Position numbers and translations under genes: made by a program. Shown piece by piece: positions 1 to 12,840 of a DNA stretch of 64,000 bases. Source of the stretch: Octopus sinensis (Eukaryota). The notes beneath the pieces are model-generated. The model was not told where the DNA came from and did no database searches. It saw only the letters and a list, made by a program, of their open reading frames with translations. The DNA lies in assembly GCF_006345805.1 (NCBI RefSeq), contig NC_043009.1, positions 24,614,001-24,678,000 of the forward strand. The letters are read 5' to 3'. Position 1 is the stretch's first letter; every line of letters starts with the position of its first letter.

Positions 1-144
1 TAATAGCAACAACAACAAAAACAATAGCAGCAAAACAACAATAAAACAATAACAACAATAACAACAGCAACAACAGCAACAAAAGCAACAACAACAACAA
101 CAACAATAACAATAATAATAATAATAATGATAATAATAATAATA

Positions 145-649
145 GATTGGAAGTGTTATCATGTACATTGTTTTGTCTTGGTATAAAAGATGGGCTACAG
201 CAAATATTCTGCTCAATACCACAGATTTGCTTGTCAGGTGTTTGACCGTAACCAGTTGAGCATGTCCCTTAGTGGCTGACGATATGTGCATCTCTGATCA
301 CAAGCAGAAGTAGTGGGGGAACATCATAGCCATGTGTGGAGAAGGATTCTTTGGGGTTTGAATAATTCACCTCTGGAAACATGGGTGTTTCGTTCAACGT
401 CCTTAAACAACCCCTATTCAGGGACCTTTTGAGCGGGATGGGTTACTCGATCTGAAGAAAATTCTAACTGGGCTCCACCTGCAAGGTCATGTGCTGTTTA
501 TCTTGATATGAGATCACCATGTCGCGCACATATGGTTGTGATGCATGTGCCTGGTGTACCCTTATCAGACGGGTAGTCATGATGGGTATACTGGGCTCTG
601 TATATTTTACCCCAGTGTCACTTTGATGGCATGCTCTGCTCGCTCACTC
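145..649 (+). mobile_element. ~550-bp AAT-microsatellite-associated interspersed element, copy 1 (lacks first ~45 bp)
   Basis: Aligns by eye with 46962-47394(-), 47468-47975(-), 49240-49734(+) and 62618-63165(+). Flanked by (AAT)n on both sides; ends ...ctcactc|aatagtaat. No ORF or tRNA head recognised. Confidence 0.85.
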
Positions 650-650
650 A

Positions 651-700
<50 letters not shown>

Positions 701-702
<2 letters not shown>

Positions 703-1774
703 TATCTACTTAAGAAGGAAGGAAAACTGATACAAATAGCGGCAAAACACGAGCAAAACAGAAAAAATGTTCTCAGTATTTAAGGAAGCTTACAAATACA
801 AACAAGAAATCATACCACCTAACAAATATGAAGAAGAAGAAAAAGAGGAAGAAACAACAAACGCTATAAAACAAATGAAATCCAAACTAAAACTAGAACA
901 GCAAAGAACCATGATAAAACGATGCCAAGAAAAGCCCCTTCATGGTAAATACTGGACTAAACTAAATGCAAAAGAAATAGATTAAAGAAAAATCCCAGCA
1001 ATGGTTGAGAAGCTCAGGACTCAAAGCAGAGTCAGAGGGATTTTTAATTGCAGCACAAGACCAAAGCCTCCCCACCAAAAATTACCAAAAACATGCAATG
1101 AAAAGTAATATAACAAGTAACTGCAGAATATGTGGAGATGGACAAGAAACAATAAATTATATTATCTCTGGCTGCCCAGTCCTGGCTAAGAAGGAATATA
1201 TTCACATACATGACAGAGTTGGAACCTACATACACTGGAAGCTATGCCAATATTATGGAATAACAACAGAAAAAAGATGGTATAGGCACACACCAGAAAA
1301 GGTCACAGAAAACGAGAAAGCAACCAAACTCTGGGATATGCTGATACACACAGATAGAGAAATTAAGGCCAACAGACCAGATATAGTTGTCAGAGATCAT
1401 GAAGAAAAAAATGCCTTCTAATTGATGTATCAATACCGGCAGATGACAACGTGTCTCTAAAAGAAATGAAGAAACTTTCAAAATACAAAGACCTGGAAAT
1501 AGAGGTAACCAGAATGTGGAATCTAAAACCAGAAACAATTCCTATTATAGTAGGCATGATAAAAAATATTCAAACAAATACATAACTAAAACACCAGGGT
1601 TTACAAACACATATAACTTACAGAAAATTGCACTACTAGGCAATGCACACATCCTACGCAGAACACCTTCCATACAATAACCATCAGAGCATCACAACAA
1701 ATCACAGCACATACCCAAGGCACACAGAGTTGCGCTCGGTAGTGAAGTGAAAGCACGCTATAAAAATAAAACTA

Positions 1775-1777
<3 letters not shown>
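701..1777 (+). mobile_element. 5'-truncated R4/Dong-clade non-LTR retrotransposon (CCHC zinc knuckle + RLE endonuclease, frameshifted) with 3' UTR
   Basis: Translation gives KPLHGKY, LKAESEGFLIAAQDQ, CRICGDGQETINYIISGC (CCHC, H mutated), HDRVGTYIHW, ANRPDIVVRD..(C)LLIDVS (PD..D), KYKDLEIEVTRMW and ALLGNAHILR..IQ* (stop at 1680). The 3' UTR ends actactg|(AAT)n; an (AAT)n tract also precedes it. Confidence 0.9.
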
Positions 1778-1872
<95 letters not shown>

Positions 1873-1879
1873 TAATTTC

Positions 1880-2660
1880 TTTCATTAGCTAGTTATACAA
1901 GGATGGAGAAATAGTCGTCACCATCTGCCTCACTTCTTACCGAGCTGCTTTTCTTCATCGACCCTGAAAGTAAAAAATGCAACGGTCACATCGGTGAGAT
2001 TTGAAATTAGAACATAAAATGAATTGTGAAATATGGAAGACATCTATTGTCTGACGAGGTAGCGATTCTACAAGATCACTGCTGATTTGGATATGACATT
2101 TGGAACAAGCTCAACAATTTCAGGGATGAGATTAAGTTTATTCATCAATCCCAGTGTTGGATTGGTACTTATCTTTTCGACCCCGAAAGGAGAAAATGCA
2201 AAGTCAGCTTCAGTGGAATTTGATCTCAGGACGTAGAGACAAATGAAAATCCGTTGAGCATCTTAACCGACGCGCAAACAATTCTGCCAGCAATTCTGAA
2301 GATAGGAGTTAGTTCGATGGCATCAAACCGTATACTGAATTTTATTTGGTATTTTTGAGCCCATAGAGAAGAAAAGCAAAGATGACTTCGTCAGGATTTG
2401 AACTCAGAATGTAAAAATCGGAATAAATACCGCAACATGTTTCCGATTCTGCCAGCTCTTGTTTCTAGACATTTCTGAATCTAATTTTTCCGGGAGGAGG
2501 CTATCTGCAAACATCTCTCTCCACCTGACGGGTACCGTTGTGTACTGGCCTAAGAGTGACAAAACACGAAGTCGACTCTTGCGGAATTTGAACTCAAGTT
2601 ATAAAAATAAAAAAAAGAAGGAAGAATTATTGCGAAGCAATTTTATGAGGCTTTGATGAC
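1880..2660 (-). mobile_element. Cluster of ~4 decayed SINE family B copies
   Basis: Recurrent cgaccccgaaagg..aaagtc..gaatttgaactcagaacgta motifs matching the intact copy at 8216-8446. Confidence 0.6.
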
Positions 2661-2677
2661 CCTGTAAGCACACACTT

Positions 2678-2990
2678 GTGAATGTGGTTTGGGTTAATGG
2701 TTAGAGAATTCGGTTCACGTTCATAAGGTTATGAGTTCGATTCCTAGTGCCCTGTTATGTCCTTGAGCAAGACATTCTATTTCACGATGTACCAGCCCAT
2801 TCAGCTGGCAAAATTGCGCATCAAAAGGGCCAGCCTCGTCATATGCTGTGTCACGTTGAATCTCCCTCGGAACTACATTAAGGGTACGCATTTCTGTGGA
2901 GTGCTCAGCCACTTGAACGTTAATTTCACGGGCAGGCTGTTCCGTCGATTGGATCAATTGGAATCCTTGTCATTGTAACCGACGCAATGA
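2678..2990 (+). mobile_element. tRNA-derived SINE family D
   Basis: A-box-like tgggttaatggttag, B-box gagttcgattcc, core tgtccttgagcaagac. Body (ctgtggagtgctcagccacttg..) is shared with 31651-31770, 43170-43400 and 48388-48705. Confidence 0.75.
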
Positions 2991-3419
2991 CACTTCAGCT
3001 CATATTTTTAATAATTTGTCTCCGAGTCAGCTTCCTTGTCTTTCAGAGGAAGTGTGTAGCGGTTTACATTATTTGACGTGGATTATATTCTATCAAAAAT
3101 TATCATTATTGTAAAATTTCTTTGTGGCTATTTCAATATGATAATGTAGCGATTAAATAATATCAATTTCCATGCTGGGAATAGATTTTAGAGTTTCGAA
3201 GTGGCCCGATGAAACAAATTAGTATTAGTAAACTAATATAGTAAGCTTGAAGTTGCCAGACACAAAATATAAATCGGTTCTTCTACAAGCAACTAAATGT
3301 AATTTACTCCAAGTTGACGAATATACGAAATAATAGGTTATCAGAAAAATACTCAGCTTTGTCGATCGACCTTTTCAAAATATCCTGAAAATACACACGA
3401 CTACGTTGTAAAGTATTAA

Positions 3420-3494
3420 GGCGGGATCAACCAATCAGAGAGCAATATTGCTGAAAAGAAGAAAAAAAGGTCTTTGCAGGAATGCATTATATAA
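3420..3494 (+). promoter_or_regulatory. Candidate Pol II promoter (GC-rich motif, CCAAT box, TATA box)
   Basis: ggcggga at 3420-3426, aaccaatcag with CCAAT at 3431-3435, and tatataa at 3488-3494, at classical spacing. A GTAAGA donor follows at 3567. Motif-only evidence. Confidence 0.3.
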
Positions 3495-3779
3495 CTAGTT
3501 TATATAGACAAAGAGAAAGTATACTAAAAGATACAATGTATAACTGAGAAATAGTATGCATGTATAGTAAGATAATCAATCATAATTTCTGGCATCGTAT
3601 ATCATTGATATTACAGAGAAAGCTTAGCAACATGTGAAGCTTTGACAATCTATACATTGGAATCATAAACGGATGACAGAAAGCGGACGTTGTAGATATG
3701 TAACCGTGTAATCTTTCATACTTTCTTTTATTTTTGTTTACTCCTTTTTTTTTCTTTTTCACTTCTTTCAGGAAGTGGA

Positions 3780-3886
3780 ATGCTTCTCTGCCGAGGCACC
3801 GTCTTCGGTTCGGGAATTTCGACTCTAGTATTTGTTTTCGAGTTGATATTTATTCTATTATTCCACCGGTCGCTTTTGGCCGAAAG
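3780..3886 (+). CDS. Candidate first coding exon encoding a signal peptide (MLLCRGTVFGSGISTLVFVFELIFILLFHRSLLAE)
   Basis: ~50-nt polypyrimidine tract ending ttctttcag at 3771; ATG at 3780; open frame with hydrophobic core LVFVFELIFILLF and a possible cleavage site SLLA|E; donor AAG|gtacgc at 3886/3887. No homology recognised. Confidence 0.4.
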
Positions 3887-3989
3887 GTACGCTGGATAAC
3901 GAAGCGTCACTTCCTCAAACAGCATACTATCACTTTATATAAATAGCTGTTTCAAATTTTGGCGCCATGCCAGTAATTTTAGGAGAAGT

Positions 3990-4500
3990 GTTAACTCGGT
4001 ATCAGCGACCCCAGTTTTCGACTGCTGCTTATTTATCAACTTGAAAAGGATGAAAATCAAAGCCCTTAGAAAATAGGGAAATAATAATTACTTCTGATGT
4101 AAGCATAATAACAGCAAACTCTGATGTCAAAGTATTTTGCCACTTATAAAGATCCTAGAACTAAATCAGTTCTTTATTCTATCAACCCTGGATGAATTAA
4201 AGACTTATTTGATCTCAGTCTTATTTGAACTAAGAACGTAAGGTGAGGTACGAATTTTACAAGACGTTATTCCGACGCTCTACCGATTCTACCAGATTTA
4301 AATAAAGGCTTCCAATTTATGAACAACACTAATAATTTTGAAGGAACGGGACGTAATCGATGATAGCCCTGTACTAAACCAGTTCTTTATTCGATCGATC
4401 CTGCAAGGAATGAAAGGCAGAATCTACCTTGACTGAATTGGAATTAAGATCGTAAGATAACGAAACTAACGCTGTAAGGTGTGTTTCCGCGGTTCTAACA
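3990..4500 (-). mobile_element. Cluster of ~3 decayed SINE B copies
   Basis: Repeated gaccccag..ttatttatc..gaaaggatgaaa..atttgaactaagaacgta motifs. Confidence 0.55.
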
Positions 4501-4531
4501 ATTATTTCATTTAACTAAAAGCAATAATGCA

Positions 4532-4925
4532 GGAGTGGCTGTGTGGTAAGTAGCTTGCTTACCAACCACATGGTTCCGGGTTCAGTCCCACTGCATGGCA
4601 AATTGGACAAGTGTCTTCTACTATAGCCTCGGGCCGACCAAAGCCTTGTGAGTGGATTTGGTAGATGGAAACTGAAAGAAGCCCGTCATATATATGTATA
4701 TATATATGTGTATTTGTGTGTCTGTGTTTGTCCCCCACCAACATCACTTGACAACCGATGCTGCTAAGTTTACGTCCCCGTAACTTAGCGGTTCAGCAAA
4801 AGAGACCGAGAGAATAAGTATTAGGCTTACAAAGAATAAGTCCTGGGGTCAATTTGCTCGACTAAAGGTGCTGCTCCAGTATGGCCGCAGTCAAATGACT
4901 GAAACAAGTAAAAGACTAAAAGAGA
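4532..4925 (+). mobile_element. tRNA-derived SINE family A, full length
   Basis: Head ggagtggctgtgtggtaag (A box) and ggttcagtccc (B box), central TA/TG microsatellite, and tail ccagtatggccgcagtcaaatgactgaaacaagtaaaaga. At least 7 homologues in the window. Confidence 0.9.
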
Positions 4926-5345
4926 ATAAGGTGGCGAGCAAGCAGGATCGTTGCTGCGCCGAGCAAAATGCTTAGCAACATTTCACCCGTCTTACGTTCT
5001 GAGTTCAAATTCCGGTGAAGTCGACTTTGCCTTTTATCCTCTAGGGTTAATGTATGTGACACCTCTCTCTCCCGAAAATGCTAGCCTTGTGCTAAAATTT
5101 GAAAACAATATAAATCGTCCCAAAATTTATTGAGCTGGCTATATCATTAGCAATCCGGGTAACATGCACAACGCCATTTCGTCTGTCTTTAAAATCTGGG
5201 TTCAAATTCCGCCGAGGTCGACTTTGCTTTTTATTCTTTCGATGTCGATAAAAGAAGTACCAGTTAAACTCTGGGGTCGGTTTAATCGGCTTAACCCCTA
5301 CCTCGAAATTGTTGGCCTTGTCCCAGAATTTGAAATCAATATTAA
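4926..5345 (+). mobile_element. Two SINE B copies
   Basis: ggtggcgagc..gttctgagttcaaattcc..gtcgactttgc motif occurs twice. Confidence 0.7.
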
Positions 5346-6187
5346 TAGTTCCTGACATTGTCAGGAGAAAGGTAGATTTCTTTTATGATGGAAATAAATA
5401 CGACCCAAAGTAATCCAAAAGTCTATCAAGAAAATTGTTTTAATGAAATATGAAAAAATTGATGAGGAATTGATGGACATAACACGATATCAATCTACGT
5501 AGATCATTGAATATAGAAAAATGATCAAAAACAGAGAAACCGATTCGATGATCATTCATTCATCAGCACACACGAAAAAATATTGGAGTAGCTAATAAAA
5601 TAATAAAGGATAAAAGTACAAAAGAATTTCTACTGGCATTATTGCGTTGATAATGTCAACGCTTTAATGTCTTTTTAAGTGATCCTATAAAAACTAGCAA
5701 CTAAAAACAACACAAAAAAAACATTGTATAGACTTCTACAAGTTTAAAGTATAAGTAGGCGATCTTTATAGCTCTGTCTCAAAAAGAAAATTAAGAAAAC
5801 GAGAAGAGAGTGAAAGAAAAAAAGAAGGAAAATAAGAATCTATTGAAATTATCGTCAAAGAATACGAAATAAAGTATTCTACTTTAATTATGTTAATTAA
5901 ATCGAAGTAACTAACGGTTCTACAGCGTAAGGTGAGTGAAAATAGATTAGAAGTAGTTCTGAACAAAGGAAATAAAAATAAGAAGAGAATAAAGTGTAAG
6001 AAAGAGAATCGAGTCTAAAGTGTTTACTGGGTTGCAAAATTTAAAAGTAGTCAATAGTTTGTACGTAACAATGTGAAGATATACACGGATTACATTGGTT
6101 AATGAAACTGTCAATGGTATTGTATGAATGTAACAAGACTTCCTTAGAATACTAATAATGTCTTTTTCACTCCATTAAATAATGTCA

Positions 6188-6197
6188 CATATCTATC

Positions 6198-6275
<78 letters not shown>

Positions 6276-6276
6276 C

Positions 6277-6316
<40 letters not shown>

Positions 6317-6318
6317 TC

Positions 6319-6408
<90 letters not shown>

Positions 6409-6410
6409 AT
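6188..6410. repeat. (TATC)n microsatellite
   Basis: Long near-perfect tetranucleotide run; explains the YLSI ORF. Confidence 0.97.
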
Positions 6411-6755
6411 CTTTCTATCTGCCCCTCTCTGCATGGGTGTATTTGTGTATTAATTAGTGTTTGTTTTTTTCTATTAAGTTATAAAATATGTTGAATTTTA
6501 AATTAAATTGAAGTATCCCTCAATATTTGTAGTACTGTTGTAATTATATTTCTTATTGTTTGACAAAAATTTCATATATAAATATATATATATATATATT
6601 TATAGATAGATAGATACATACATACATACATACATACATACACACACACAATATACATATAAAATGATTTGTGTCTCTATCTTCCTCTCTCTCTCTCTAT
6701 CCATCCATCTATCAATCCAATCTGTCCATGTATGCATGTATGTATCCCCCTACTA

Positions 6756-6850
<95 letters not shown>

Positions 6851-7596
6851 AAGTGAGAGAGAGAGAGTTGAATGTAGAAAACAGTGTATGCAAATGGGTA
6901 CAGTTAAACAATGCTGGAAGTCATATAGCTAATATTTCGAACAACATTTCTTTAATGCCAAGATAACAAGAGGGTAAAAAAAAAGGGTGCAGAATCTTAC
7001 ATTCTCTACATTTGAGGGATTTACTGCAACTGATTGGGAACCGATCAAACATCAAGCACATCAAAGAGAAATGATTCGGCAGTAGTGTATCCGTTCAGGT
7101 AATTATATCCAGAAAACATTAGGTCGCCCATATATCTGGTAATTATCACCACTAGTCTAGGTTCGTTCCCGTTTCGAGACGCAGATTCGAACCGATAAGG
7201 GTATGTTTTGACTGCGATCTTATGATCGACACAAACACGCCTGCTAGAATAACATTACGTGTGTGATATATGGAACAAATTTCGTGTTTGTAGTATATGA
7301 ATACACTTAATGTTACAAGCGTGAAATTCGATAGGGATAACTTATATCGAACAGGAAGCTAACATGATTTAATTTACGTAAATGCATTCATTGTTTTATT
7401 ATTAAATAGCTTTTCTTTAATACAGGGTCATTTTTCTTAAGCAAAATGGCATGTAGTTATTTATTTAAATTCTATATTTTACTTCTACATCTATGATACA
7501 TATTCACGAACGAATACGCACATATTACCATATATCTATGTCTTTTTCTCTCTCTTTCTCCCTCCGCACATTATATATATATAATATATATATATA

Positions 7597-7641
<45 letters not shown>

Positions 7642-8215
7642 TATGTACATATAAAGAGAGAGAGAGGGGGGAGAGAGGGAGAGATAGATAGATACATGTA
7701 TGCTTACAAGCATACATATTTACATATGCACACATATATATATATATATGTATCCAAATGCTATCGTATTTTCTCGGTTTTGCATGACTTTATTAAATTT
7801 ATTAATACAAAATTATTATAATGGGAAACGTATAAGAAACTATATACTCCCGGCAATTGAAGAAAGCAAACAATTCTTGCTTGAAACTAATAGTAAACAC
7901 TATTTACATTGACGCCCTTTAGCTTATATCTCTGTGAAAAGAACTCTTCGCTCCGTAATCACGTCTATAATTATGTGATTTCGCTCGCCTAAGAAACCGT
8001 TTCATAAGGATCTGTCTTATAAAAAGAGAATTTACATCTAGACATTCAATGATAAAGGCCCTATAGTTTAACATTAGTTCTGTATTGGGATTATTTGATA
8101 CGCTAAGCATAGTGAAAAAAATGAGATATACGCGAATATGATTTGAACTTTGAAGCGATTGGACTGAACAATGGAAAAGTCGGTAATGCTTCTAGTTAAA
8201 TTAGTGCCATTATAT

Positions 8216-8446
8216 ATTTCTTTACTACCCACAAGGGGCTAAACACAGAGAGGACAAACAAGGACAGACAAACTGATTAAGTCGATTATATCGACCCCAG
8301 TGCGTAACTGGTACTTATTTAATCGACCGCGAAAGGATGAAAGGCAAAGTCGACCTCGGCGGAATTTGAACTTAGAACGTAACGGCAGACGAAATACGGC
8401 TACGCATTTCGCCCGGCGTGCTAACGTTTCTGCCAGCTCGCCGCAT
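8216..8446 (-). mobile_element. tRNA-derived SINE family B, well preserved full-length copy
   Basis: Minus strand reads gcggcgagctggcagaaacgttagc (A box) ... gttctaagttcaaattcc (B box) ... tail gggtagtaaagaaat. Confidence 0.9.
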
Positions 8447-8670
8447 TATACTTAATGAAGTGAAAGACCGTAGCCTGTTGGTTAAGATGTTCGACCCGTG
8501 ATCATGTGATCATATGGTTTTTCTGTTCAACTCTTGGGGAAGGTAACAGATTGCATCCTTCAGCAAAGTAAGTCTTTTGACGTCGCTAAAATTTTCCCAG
8601 CTGTAAATATGTACTAACCGAGTGCTGATGTAGATTTCTCTGTAGATCCAGTTATATATCTGCCTGTCTG

Positions 8671-8745
<75 letters not shown>

Positions 8746-9829
8746 CTCTCGCTTGCCATTAATGGCTGAATATAACTTGTAATTTATAGTGTGCAGTTGA
8801 TGTCTGACTAATAAATTAATAAAGCCAAAGCAATAGAGGTCAAAGAACAAAATATTAGCTCAATGTTTCTTGGGTACTGACGATATTCTCGGACATGTTT
8901 TTATATAATGTGACCACTTTAGCGAAGAGTATGCTTCTTCATACTTGACAAAATTCTTAACAGTTATTAAAACTTCAGCAATGAAGAAATCCTTAGCTTA
9001 AATAATCTTATCGCATCATGCACATCTACTTGAACTCATTATCATATGTGTCTGTTTTCTATCACTGAAAATGTTTTACGTACATCACCATACAGATTAC
9101 GAGAAAGATGGGTTTGATTGTAGAGAGATCAGTCGTCACTGAACAAATTTATACTTAGCTTAGAAAATGTTTAAATGTAACCATTCCGTTCATTTCTTTT
9201 TCAATCCATAGTATTTCTAAGTATACATTATCCAAAGACTTTAAGCTTTTGTGTCCTCTGTGTGTGTATGTTTGGCGTGAAATCTTTGAGCGTGGTATCT
9301 CCAACGTCTCCTATATCTAAAAGGAGTGTCTATTTTGAGCGAATTTGCTTTTTTTTCTCCTCGGGGGTGTCTTCTCAGCCACTTGGTTCAATCCTGCTAA
9401 ATTCCTCCAGAGCGTTGCTCCAACATGACCGTGGCGCAATGACTGAAACAATTAAAGGAATATTTCACTACCCATACCAATTCTAGTGGCTCTAGTTTAT
9501 ACTGGCCAAAGAGGCTGAAATTACACACCCATTAGACTGGCTTCAATTATACACGCGCACAAAATAGCGTGAATTATAAACTCTCTAAAGTTGCCAGAGC
9601 AATAAAATGGCTTTGTGTTGGAATCTGGCAAAATTCGACTCATTTTCTCTCCTCGATAGACTTCTAAATATAATCCTAATCACCGAGAACCTATTCTGCT
9701 CTGCATAAAATCCATTTTCTCTTTGTATTCCTTGAATTCACTCTATGACTAATATATTTGGCTGGCTTACAACACAAACCTAAATATGACTTCATTGTGA
9801 AGAAAAGAAAGAAAAGACAAATAATAATG

Positions 9830-9832
9830 ATA

Positions 9833-9896
<64 letters not shown>

Positions 9897-9930
9897 TAAT
9901 AATAATAATAACGATAATAATAATAATAAT

Positions 9931-9974
<44 letters not shown>

Positions 9975-10080
9975 TGACACCAACAGTCACAACAATAGCA
10001 ACAACAACAACAACAATAATAATGATGATAAAAATGAGGAAGATGATGATGATGAGGATGATGATGATGATATTGCTATC
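9830..10080. repeat. Compound (AAT)/(GAT)/(AAC) trinucleotide repeats
   Basis: Directly visible; source of the poly-I/V/M/T ORFs. Confidence 0.95.
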
Positions 10081-11076
10081 TATGTAGAAAAATGTGCTTC
10101 AAAGATTACAACTGAAGGAAACGAGACAATAGCATGTATGTACATTATAAAATAAAACGATAGTCAGCAAAAAAAAATAATAATAATAAATATCTCTAAT
10201 CAATATAAGTAAATTAAGAAATTAAAGGGTTTTTTTTTCCTATTATATTCATTCGGATTATGCATCACATGTAAATCACATTATTTACAGTCGTGTGTTG
10301 AACTCGGCGTTTCCTTATGGAAAAAAATCTAGTACATTGTCATTATTTAACTACAAGAAATTATAAGAGATCATTATTTTTTAATCATTTATTTCCTTTT
10401 ATAATATTTTCATATTTCATCTAGTTATGATTTATTTTATTCATTTATTTGGTTAGTTAGTAAGTTGTTTGTTTGCTTTTGTTTGTTTTCTCTGTAAACT
10501 TAATTTTCCCAGTTTGGTAAGTGTAATTAGATTTAGATAATATATCCTAAAATTTCCAGATTAAATAAATTAAATTGAATATACTAAATACAATTTTTTT
10601 AATAAAAAAAATGAAGCCATTAATGATTTGTCTCTCTTTTTACTATTTCGTGTGTTTGATTATTATTTTTATTATAATTTTCTTTTCTCTTTTTCACAAA
10701 ATTTTAATTTATCAATAAACAACCATGTTGAGAAATAACGTTTAACGCATTGTCAGAAATCAATTTTCTTCTCCCTCTCGCTCAATATTTTTGCAACACA
10801 AAGCATAACTCGCTTTATTTTAATTGATATTTTATGCTGGATTTTAACTAAATGAATAGCTTATTGAAGTGAAGGCATCGAAAATAAAGAACAAACAAAC
10901 AAAAAAAAAAAACGAAAAAGACACAAATATGCCAACAAAGACATACATGCAGAAATTAATACACATAATTTTGTTAAGCACGCTAGAGAGCTGAATTGGA
11001 TTATTTGCGGCCATATTGTTTTAGTGAAATAAAAGCGAGAAAAGGATTTTCCTTTGCTTTTTAAGTATTATGTTTC

Positions 11077-11079
<3 letters not shown>

Positions 11080-11113
<34 letters not shown>

Positions 11114-11343
11114 CATTATTATAATTATTATTATTATTATTATTATTATTAATATTTGTTGTTGTTTTTTACTTAATGATTACTAACCAATCAAAGTTTA
11201 TTCTAGACGGGGTCAAGGATTTAAAGAAAAATGGCAAACGAAAGACACAAAAATCTCAAATAAACAAAGGAAGCAAGAATAACAACAACAATCTCCAAGT
11301 AGTGTGTGTGAGTGTGTGTGTGTGTATGTGTGTGTGTGTGTGT

Positions 11344-11393
<50 letters not shown>

Positions 11394-11400
11394 ATGTGGG

Positions 11401-11432
<32 letters not shown>

Positions 11433-12022
11433 TGTAGTAACACATATTGGAACAATGCCGATTACCACACAATCAAATATTAAAACATCTCGTGTTGTTA
11501 TTGTTATTCTTATTATTGATATTGATATTATTATTATTATTATTATTATTGTTGTTGTTGTTGTGTTGTTGTTGTTGTTGTTGCTGCTGTTACTATTTCT
11601 ATTCAAAGCATAACCATACGATAATGATGATGATGATAATGACGAAGACGGACAGTGGTAATGAAGGCGATTACGAAGGTGATGACGTTGGTGCTGTTGT
11701 TGTTCTAGTTGTTCCTGTTGTTCGAGGTAATGGTGAGAATGGTGATGACGAGGAGGACGACGATACACGATGCGTAAAGAAGAAAAACGGGGATAGCTTC
11801 ACATTTATATCTTCAAAATAATAACAATATCAACGGTAGTGTACACACACACACACACACGCACACACACACTCACACATGCATACACATGCATACACAC
11901 ATATGCATACACATGCATACACACACATATATATGTATATGTATGTATATATATAATATATATATATATATGTGTGTGTATTTATATATATAAATATATG
12001 TATATATATATATATGAATATA

Positions 12023-12073
<51 letters not shown>

Positions 12074-12563
12074 GTATATATATATATATGTATATATACA
12101 TACATCTCGCTCTAAATATATATATATATATATTTATACAAACACACACACACGCATTTATACAAACACACACACACACGCGGATTCAACACGCATATAT
12201 ATATATAAATATGTACATAAAACAAATAAAATAAAGAATTTACAATACATATTCAAAATTTTGAAGAATTATCTAAAGATTTCACAGTGTACAAAAGCAA
12301 AAGGTCGAACAGAAAGTCTGATAAAAGACTTATTGTTCTTTTGTAAAGGACCAATGAATAGGCGATCAATTATGGAGGCGAGCACACATACTTACACAGC
12401 TACAAACGCAGACGACACTGTATAACGGAAGCACATCTATAGAGGCTTTTATGAACTACAGTGGTCTCTGTTTAATCTGCATGATTTTTCTATCAACCAC
12501 TCAAAACCCCAAAACTCTACCCCTCATTCACTCTGGCCTTTTCGCCATTGTGATGTTGTTTAT

Positions 12564-12654
<91 letters not shown>

Positions 12655-12840
12655 ACAAACGCACTTTAAGTCATACACGCATATATATGTATATATACAT
12701 ACATCTCGCTCTAAATATATATATATATATATATATATAATCATGCATAAATACGTTTGTATATATATGTCCACATACATATATACATACATACAGACAC
12801 TCACACACACACCCATATATATATATATATATATATAAAA
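11080..12840. repeat. Microsatellite field ((ATT)n, (GT)n, (GA)n, (TA)n, (CA)n)
   Basis: Directly visible. Includes a short duplicated island catacatctcgctctaaat near 12100 and 12700. Confidence 0.95.

Noticed and set aside
540-649. CTGATAA and CGAAG (minus strand of the 550-bp element) as a hammerhead, or an HDV-like fold
   Set aside because: The core deviates and stems II/III, or HDV P3/P1.1, cannot be formed in the required order.
5926-5931. Possible 6-nt microexon CGTAAG with a strong GTGAGT donor
   Set aside because: No polypyrimidine tract, and the branch-like ctaac is too close to the AG; such motifs arise by chance in 64 kb.
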